Below, piece after piece: positions 20,242 through 26,612 of a stretch of 27,413 nt of DNA. Made by a program: the position numbers and the translations under genes. Location: IMG/VR virus record IMGVR_UViG_3300025084_000169, positions 1 through 27,413 of that record, one strand, 5' to 3'. The notes beneath the pieces are model-generated. The model ran no database searches, was not told where the DNA came from, and saw nothing but the letters and a program-made list of their open reading frames with translations. The stretch's first letter is position 1. Each line of letters starts with the position of its first letter. The DNA is from a virus. Taxonomy: Duplodnaviria > Caudoviricetes.

Positions 20242-21114
20242 ATGGCAAAACCATCAACAAAACAAGGTTTAATAGATTATTGCTTACGTAGACTCGGACA
20301 TCCTGTTTTAGAAATAAATGTAGATGATGATCAATTAGATGATTTAGTAGATGATACAATTCAATATTTTAATGAGAGACACTTTGATGGTGTTGAAAGA
20401 ATGTATCTTAAGTATCAGATTACTCAATCTGATATAGATAGGGGTAGAGGTGCATCTTCTGCAGGATTAACTAGTGTAGATGGAAGTTCTGGTGTTGGTA
20501 TTGTAACTACTACCGCAACATCAACTGATGTAAGTGGTCTTGGTACAATAACTTCCAACTGGTACGAAAATTCCAATTTTATACAAGTTCCAGATTCAGT
20601 TATTGGTGTTGAAAGAATATTCAAATTTGATACTAGTTCTATTTCTGGTGGAATGTTTAGTATTAAATATCAACTCTTTCTAAATGATCTATATTATTTT
20701 AATTCTGTAGAATTGCTTCAATATTCAATGACCAAAAGATATCTTGAAGATATCGATCATATGCTGACAACAGATAAGCAGATTAGATTTAATAAGAGGC
20801 AAGATAGACTGTATATGGATATTGATTGGGGATCGCAAACAGTAGGCAATTTTATTGTTTTAGATTGTTACAGAGCATTAGATCCTACATCATTCACACA
20901 AGTATATAATGACAGTTTTGTTAAAAAATATTTAACATCTTTAATTAAAAGACAGTGGGGACAAAATTTATTAAAATTTAGAGGAGTGAAACTTCCTGGT
21001 GGAGTTGAATTGAATGGTAGAGAAATATATGATGATGCAGAAAGAGAGTTGACTGCATTAAAACAGAGAATGGCAGCAGAATACGAATTACCACCTTATG
21101 ACTTTATAGGATAA
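20242..21114 (+). CDS. gp13: Neck protein gp13 (head-tail adaptor)
   Basis: 290 aa. LIDYCLRRLG.PVLEINVDDDQLDDLVDD.IQYF.ERHFDG and KRQWGQNL.KF.GVKLPGGVELNGREIYDDA are gp13 signatures. GAGGT SD at 20229-20233. Confidence 0.95.
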   Translation: MAKPSTKQGLIDYCLRRLGHPVLEINVDDDQLDDLVDDTIQYFNERHFDGVERMYLKYQITQSDIDRGRGASSAGLTSVDGSSGVGIVTTTATSTDVSGLGTITSNWYENSNFIQVPDSVIGVERIFKFDTSSISGGMFSIKYQLFLNDLYYFNSVELLQYSMTKRYLEDIDHMLTTDKQIRFNKRQDRLYMDIDWGSQTVGNFIVLDCYRALDPTSFTQVYNDSFVKKYLTSLIKRQWGQNLLKFRGVKLPGGVELNGREIYDDAERELTALKQRMAAEYELPPYDFIG

Positions 21115-21116
21115 TT

Positions 21117-23375
21117 ATGGCATTAAATCCATTTTTTCTGCATGGTTCAGAATCTGAACAAAGATTAATACAGTCATTAGTAAATGAACAATTATCCATG
21201 TATGGAATGGATATTGCTTATCTACCTCAAAGGATGATAAGAAAAGAAACAGTTATAAGGGAAGTTACTTCCTCCAAATTTACTGATAAGTTTATAGTTG
21301 AAGCATACTTAAGTAATTATGGAGGATATTCTGGATCTGGAGACATACTGAGCAAATTCGGTATGCAATTGAAGGATGAAGTTACTTTAATTATTTCCAA
21401 AGAAAGATTTGAAGATTTTATTTCTCCGCTTTTATCTGAAATACCAACGTCAGAAAATACTACATCTTTAAGACCTAGAGAAGGAGATTTGATTTGGTTT
21501 CCTCTAGGTGAAAGATTATTTGAAATTAAATTTGTTGAGCATGAACAACCATTCTATCAATTAGGAAAAACATACGTATATGAGTTGAAATGTGAACTCT
21601 TTGAATATACACATTCATCTGTGATTTCTACAGGTATAGGAGAGATTGATGAATCTCTTGAGGATTATGGATACATTAAGTCCTTAACACTTTTAGCATC
21701 GGGTAGTCAAGCTTCTGCTTCGGCAACAATACGAGAGAATAGTGGATATATAAAAACTATCAATCTTATTGAAGATGGTTATAATTATACTACAGTCCCT
21801 ACAGTAACTATAGATGATCCTCCTACGGCAGTTGGTGCTGCAGCAACTGCAACTGTAAGTGTGGGAGGATCAGTCACTAGTACTACAATTACAAATAGTG
21901 GATATTATCCCAGTCATAAGAATATACCGACAGTTACATTTAGTGATCCAACTGGTGGAGGTAATGAAACCACTATTGTTAAATTTGGATCCAGATCATA
22001 TAATGGAGAAAATTCTGGATTACTTATACCTACTTCTGGATTGGCGGAAAGAGAAACTGGAGCAATTGAATTTTGGTTGTATGCAACAACAGCTGCTGCG
22101 GGAGATGTTACAATACTGGAATGGGGCACTAATGACGATAATAGCATAAAATACTCTTTATATTTTTCAACTAGTGGAGGAACAACTTCTCTAAATTGGT
22201 CTAGACCAGATAGTGATTTTGATAATAGTTTCACTACAGTTGAGTTAATATCAGATTATAGTAGCAATTTTAATCGTTGGAATTGGATAAGACTTTCCCA
22301 AACTGACGATAATTCTGGCTCACATAGAGTTGCTGCTCACTTCTTTGGCGATACTATCAATAGTTCGTATTCAACTGATACATTTAATACTATATTCATG
22401 AATAGTGATGGAGTATCCCTAAATCCAAATGGAAATTTTTCTGATAATGAAATTTATCTTGACGAATTAAGATTTACTAGTATTGGGTCAACATCACAAC
22501 CAGCAGAAGCACCAACGTCAACAAGTAAAAATTCTTCAAATACGTTATTCTTCCAAGATGGTGAAAGAGTCACAACCACTGGAAATGTTATTTTAAATTC
22601 TACAGGTAATGTAACAGGAATATCTTTAACCGAAAATGGAGTTAATTATACTTCAGTTCCTACAATATCCATTCAAGATGCCTACCCTTCAATAACTGCA
22701 ACTGCTGTTGCAATAACTTCATGTATAGGAAGTTATTGTTCTGTTGATAATATATACATAACAAATTCTGGTGCAGGATATACATCTATTCCAAATGTAA
22801 TCATAAGCGGAACTACTGGTATAGGGGCAACTGCAACGGCCGAAATTGATACCACATATAGTGGAATTTCTTCAATTTCTATTACAGATGCTGGTTCTGG
22901 TTACAATTATTCGCCAATTGTAACATTTTCCAGTCCAGATGTTGTTGGTCTCGGAACAACTGCAGCATCGGGAATTGTAAATATAACATCAGCAGGAATA
23001 GTAGATTCAGTATATCTTACTAATTCTGGTGTTGGATATACTTCTGCACCATCTATTACTATTGCAGCGCCAGCAACAATAACTGGTATTGGAACTTATA
23101 TATTCAATGAAGTCGTTACTGGAGAATCTTCCGGATCAACTGCTTACGTAAAATCATGGGATACATCCACAAATATCCTCAAAATTGGTAATATTTCTGG
23201 CACATTTACTGATGGTGAGGTTATTATTGGATCTTCATCGTCAGCACGATATACCATTGGCGAATTGGGAGAAAATCCCATAAATCAAGATAAATATGAA
23301 CAAAATGATACTATACAAACAGAGTCTAGTTCTATAATTGATTTCACAGAAACAAATTTATTCGGTAATTACTAA
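21117..23375 (+). CDS. gp14: Neck protein gp14, extended with tandem repeats and a LamG/ConA-like insertion
   Basis: 752 aa. The N-terminal ~185 aa carry gp14 motifs (EQRLIQSLVNEQL.MYG.DI.YLP, GDILSKFG, RPREGDLIWFPL..RLFEIKFVEHEQPFYQLGK.YVYEL.CELFEY); the C-terminus is IIDFTETNLFG. Lies between gp13 and gp15. Confidence 0.9.
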   Translation: MALNPFFLHGSESEQRLIQSLVNEQLSMYGMDIAYLPQRMIRKETVIREVTSSKFTDKFIVEAYLSNYGGYSGSGDILSKFGMQLKDEVTLIISKERFEDFISPLLSEIPTSENTTSLRPREGDLIWFPLGERLFEIKFVEHEQPFYQLGKTYVYELKCELFEYTHSSVISTGIGEIDESLEDYGYIKSLTLLASGSQASASATIRENSGYIKTINLIEDGYNYTTVPTVTIDDPPTAVGAAATATVSVGGSVTSTTITNSGYYPSHKNIPTVTFSDPTGGGNETTIVKFGSRSYNGENSGLLIPTSGLAERETGAIEFWLYATTAAAGDVTILEWGTNDDNSIKYSLYFSTSGGTTSLNWSRPDSDFDNSFTTVELISDYSSNFNRWNWIRLSQTDDNSGSHRVAAHFFGDTINSSYSTDTFNTIFMNSDGVSLNPNGNFSDNEIYLDELRFTSIGSTSQPAEAPTSTSKNSSNTLFFQDGERVTTTGNVILNSTGNVTGISLTENGVNYTSVPTISIQDAYPSITATAVAITSCIGSYCSVDNIYITNSGAGYTSIPNVIISGTTGIGATATAEIDTTYSGISSISITDAGSGYNYSPIVTFSSPDVVGLGTTAASGIVNITSAGIVDSVYLTNSGVGYTSAPSITIAAPATITGIGTYIFNEVVTGESSGSTAYVKSWDTSTNILKIGNISGTFTDGEVIIGSSSSARYTIGELGENPINQDKYEQNDTIQTESSSIIDFTETNLFGNY
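21975..22565 (+). other. LamG/concanavalin-A-like jelly-roll domain inserted in gp14
   Basis: VKFGSRS ... GAIEFWLY ... FNRWNWIRLS ... IYLDELRF ... NTLFFQDGE follows the KFG..S / T-I-E-x-W / W.H / IDELR / NT.LL pattern of phage LamG-like domains. Confidence 0.65.
23289..23296 (+). promoter_or_regulatory. Possible internal late promoter GATAAATA upstream of gp15
   Basis: NATAAATA box (encodes D-K-Y) about 80 nt upstream of the gp15 ATG, inside the gp14 3' end. Confidence 0.45.
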
Positions 23376-24175
23376 TGTTAGGAACTTATTTTTATCATCA
23401 AAACATAAGAAAAACTATTATTGCTTTTGGCAACTTATTTAACAACATAATTGTCAAATCAAAGGATGCTACAGGTGATACTTTTAGTGAGATACGAGTT
23501 CCATTATCATATGGACCTACACAAAAGTTTTTAGCGAGATTAGAGCAACAAGCAGATCTCAATAAACCCATTGCTATTACATTGCCCAGAATTTCATTTG
23601 AAATGAATTCTTTGAAATATGATTCTTCAAGAAAAGTTGGTATAACACAGACCTTCAAATCGGTTGGATCTGATGATAAAACTCGTAAAGTTTATATGCC
23701 AATTCCATATAATATTGGATTTGAAATTAATATAATGACAAAGTTTAATGATGAAGTTCTCCAAATTGTCGAACAAATTTTACCATTTTTTCAACCATCA
23801 TTTACTGTTACGGTTGATATGACAGATGTTATTGATGAAAAGAAAGATGTGCCAATCGTTTTAGATTCTGTTTCTTTTAGAGATGATTATGAAGGAGATT
23901 TTTCATCTCGAAGGTTAATTCTTTATACACTACAGTTTACCGCAAAAACATATCTGTTTGGACCAATTAGTGATAGCACTGATTCTCTTATCCGTAAAGT
24001 TCAAGTTGATACGTATTCTGATACAGATATTAGAACTGCAAAACGTGAAATGAGGTATACTGCACAACCCAATCCTTCTAATGCAGAACCAGATGATAAT
24101 TGGACATTAGATGAAGATTGGCAATATTTGGGAGACTCAAAAGCATATAGTCCCGTGCAACAATCTGATATTTGA
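23375..24175 (+). CDS. gp15: Tail sheath stabilizer / tail terminator gp15
   Basis: 266 aa. YFYH..IRKTIIAFG.LFNNI, VPLSYGP.QKFLARL, TLPRISFEM, P.PYNI.FE, LQIVEQILPFFQP, DDYEGDF..RR...YTL.FTAKTYLFGP. TAATG overlap with gp14. Confidence 0.95.
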   Translation: MLGTYFYHQNIRKTIIAFGNLFNNIIVKSKDATGDTFSEIRVPLSYGPTQKFLARLEQQADLNKPIAITLPRISFEMNSLKYDSSRKVGITQTFKSVGSDDKTRKVYMPIPYNIGFEINIMTKFNDEVLQIVEQILPFFQPSFTVTVDMTDVIDEKKDVPIVLDSVSFRDDYEGDFSSRRLILYTLQFTAKTYLFGPISDSTDSLIRKVQVDTYSDTDIRTAKREMRYTAQPNPSNAEPDDNWTLDEDWQYLGDSKAYSPVQQSDI

Positions 24176-24180
24176 TTAAT

Positions 24181-24612
24181 ATGACTAAAAATTTTGACAG
24201 TTTGAATGATACCTTTAATACTTCTATGGAGGACGATAATACTTCCATAATAAAACCTCAGGAACTAAATCCCGAGTCAATGAAACCAGGAGATATTAAA
24301 AAAGATTATGAATATACAAGAGCAAATTTATATTCATTAATTGAAAAAGGGCAAGAAGCAATTAATGGAATTATGGATCTTGCAGGAGAAAGTGATAGTC
24401 CACGCGCTTATGAAGTTGCAGGACAACTAATTAAGAACGTTGCAGATACTACAGATAAATTAGCAGATCTTCAAAAGAAAATCAAAGATCTTGAGGAAGA
24501 TAATGTTAAACAGACAACTAATGTGACTAATAATGCCTTGTTTGTTGGATCAACCTCAGACTTATCTAAGTTATTAAAAAAAGGTTTTCTAAATAATACT
24601 AACGAAGAATAA
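24181..24612 (+). CDS. gp16: Terminase small subunit gp16
   Basis: DYEYTRANLYSLIEKGQEAINGI..LA.ESDSPRAYEVAGQLIK.VAD.TDKL.DLQKK.K and NNALFVGSTSDL.KLLK are gp16 motifs. The ATG at 24181 (143 aa) is preferred over the track's TTG at 24172. Confidence 0.93.
   Translation: MTKNFDSLNDTFNTSMEDDNTSIIKPQELNPESMKPGDIKKDYEYTRANLYSLIEKGQEAINGIMDLAGESDSPRAYEVAGQLIKNVADTTDKLADLQKKIKDLEEDNVKQTTNVTNNALFVGSTSDLSKLLKKGFLNNTNEE
24588..24595 (+). promoter_or_regulatory. Possible late promoter variant TCTAAATA for the 643-aa gene
   Basis: One mismatch from TATAAATA, in the last codons of gp16 (F-L-N-N), 23 nt before the ATG at 24619. Confidence 0.5.
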
Positions 24613-24618
24613 GTATAA

Positions 24619-26550
24619 ATGAAATCTTGTAAAAAAGGATACTATTATTGCTTTACAGACAAAGAATGTAAAAAAATTCCTAGGGGATGGCATTTAATGT
24701 CTAGTGGGCAGATTATGCGTGATAAAGATCATGAAGAGGATAGTGAAGATAAGAGTGGAAACGATTCCAATGGTAGCGGAAATGGAGGTTCTGATGCTGG
24801 AGGAGATGGCGGTGGTGGAGTAGAAGAAAGTTGGAGCGTCACTAATGAGGATAAAGAGTCTGGCGATCATGAAGTTGCAATGGCACAATCCCAACTTGCA
24901 AAAGCAGAAAGAAACATTGCAAAGTTGAGAAAAGCACTAGGTAAGAAAGAGAAAGATATTCCTGCTTGGATGCAAGCAAAGATTACTGATACTGCACATG
25001 ACACTGATGCTGCTGCTGGTTATGCAGATAAAATCAATGAAGCAGTGCCTCTATTAGCAGCACCATTAGCAGTACCCACAATGAAAGCAATCGGTGCTGG
25101 TTTGGCAGCAACTGGTTTGGCAGGAATGATCATGCAAGCACGAAAAAAAAGTGAGGACAAAAAATCACCATCTGTTGATTATGGGCAAGGCAAATCTGCA
25201 AAGAAAAAAGATGAGACTGAAATTGGGTTTACTGGTAAACCCGTCCCAAAGAAAAAATGGAAATCTCCCACAAAGCGGTATGAGTTTGAAAAGAAAAGAA
25301 GAGAGGCGGGATTTACCAGTACAGGTAAAAAACATAGTAATGATGTAAATCCATATTATAATCCAAGAGTAAGAGAAGAAGTCGAACAATTAGAAGAGGC
25401 AAGAGATGGTAAATCTGCCAAGGACAAAGGTTATTCTCTCCGCGACTGGTTCAAAGGTGGTGGTTGGAAACAGACTGGTGGCAAGTATGACGGAAAACCT
25501 TGTGCAAAGCAACCAGGACAGAAGACTAAACCATTTTGCCGTGATGCAGATGATCGTGCTGCCATGAGTAAAGATGAAAGGGAAAAAAGAGCAAAGAAAA
25601 AGCGTAAAGAAGATCCAAATCCCAATAGAAAAGGTAAAGCGAAAATGGTAACTGAAGAAGGAAAGAAAGATGCTTGCTACCATAAGGTCAAATCTCGTTA
25701 CTCTGTGTGGCCTTCTGCATATGCTTCTGGAGCACTAGTCAAGTGTCGTAAAGTTGGTGCCAAAAACTGGGGCAATAAAATTAATAAAGAAAGTTACGAT
25801 TACTCCAACTGGAGAGATGATTTCAAAACAATGGAATTTGAATTCGTTGATATTATTAAGACAGAACCCATGAAAGGTTTGAGTGAAGCAAAGTCAACTT
25901 TGGACAAACTTAAAGAAGTTTCAAAACAATTGAAAGGTGCATCTAAAATGCACGCAAAACAATCTAAACAAGTTGCTAAAGTTGCTGCTAATCTTGATGA
26001 AAAGTGTTGGAAAGGATATGAGAAAAAGGGTATGAAGACAATGTTTGGAAAGAGATATCCAAATTGTGTAAAAGCACATTTCTCTGATTGGAGGTCCGAT
26101 TTAAATCTTCAAGAAAAAGAGTTTAAATCCCATAAGATGTATGATCAAAAAACTGGTAAGGGATATGATGCCGAAACAGAACAGGATCATCTTCGTATGA
26201 AGAAGATGGGTTATACCCACGAAAAACCTGAGAAAAAGAACTGCGGATGTGGTAAAGATCCCTGCAAAACTTATGGTAAGCAAGAGGTGAAAGAAGACTG
26301 GCAGAAATCAAATCGTAAAGATGGTGTTGATGGTATGAGTCAGAGATCAGTTAATGCTTACAGACGTGAAAATCCAGGTTCTAAACTAAAGACTGCAGTA
26401 ACTGGTAATCCAAAAAAAGGTAGTAAAGATGCCAAGCGCAGAAAGTCTTTCTGCGCCCGTTCTAAGGGGCAGCAAGACATGCATAACATCAATTGCGCTA
26501 AAACCCCCGATAAATCAATTTGTAAGGCCCGTCGTCGCTGGAAATGCTGA
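24619..26550 (+). CDS. Lys/Cys-rich mosaic hypothetical protein; candidate internal-head polyprotein
   Basis: 643 aa, very basic, 16 Cys, about 10 unrelated short modules joined by acidic [ILV]-x-E linkers. Composition is completely unlike the flanking Ser/Thr/Asn-rich structural genes. The CDS itself is certain; the function is inferred. Confidence 0.75.
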   Translation: MKSCKKGYYYCFTDKECKKIPRGWHLMSSGQIMRDKDHEEDSEDKSGNDSNGSGNGGSDAGGDGGGGVEESWSVTNEDKESGDHEVAMAQSQLAKAERNIAKLRKALGKKEKDIPAWMQAKITDTAHDTDAAAGYADKINEAVPLLAAPLAVPTMKAIGAGLAATGLAGMIMQARKKSEDKKSPSVDYGQGKSAKKKDETEIGFTGKPVPKKKWKSPTKRYEFEKKRREAGFTSTGKKHSNDVNPYYNPRVREEVEQLEEARDGKSAKDKGYSLRDWFKGGGWKQTGGKYDGKPCAKQPGQKTKPFCRDADDRAAMSKDEREKRAKKKRKEDPNPNRKGKAKMVTEEGKKDACYHKVKSRYSVWPSAYASGALVKCRKVGAKNWGNKINKESYDYSNWRDDFKTMEFEFVDIIKTEPMKGLSEAKSTLDKLKEVSKQLKGASKMHAKQSKQVAKVAANLDEKCWKGYEKKGMKTMFGKRYPNCVKAHFSDWRSDLNLQEKEFKSHKMYDQKTGKGYDAETEQDHLRMKKMGYTHEKPEKKNCGCGKDPCKTYGKQEVKEDWQKSNRKDGVDGMSQRSVNAYRRENPGSKLKTAVTGNPKKGSKDAKRRKSFCARSKGQQDMHNINCAKTPDKSICKARRRWKC

Positions 26551-26612
26551 TCTATAAAATGTGCAGCAACTTTTTGCATTTTGTTGATACAAAACTAATC
26601 TGAATAATTATT

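Noticed and set aside
24181-24612. pac site within gp16, by analogy to T4
   Set aside because: No sequence feature here identifies one; the analogy alone is not evidence.
26557-26582. Rho-independent terminator after the 643-aa gene
   Set aside because: The stem is AT/GU-rich with a large loop and lacks a separate clean U-tract; too weak to call.
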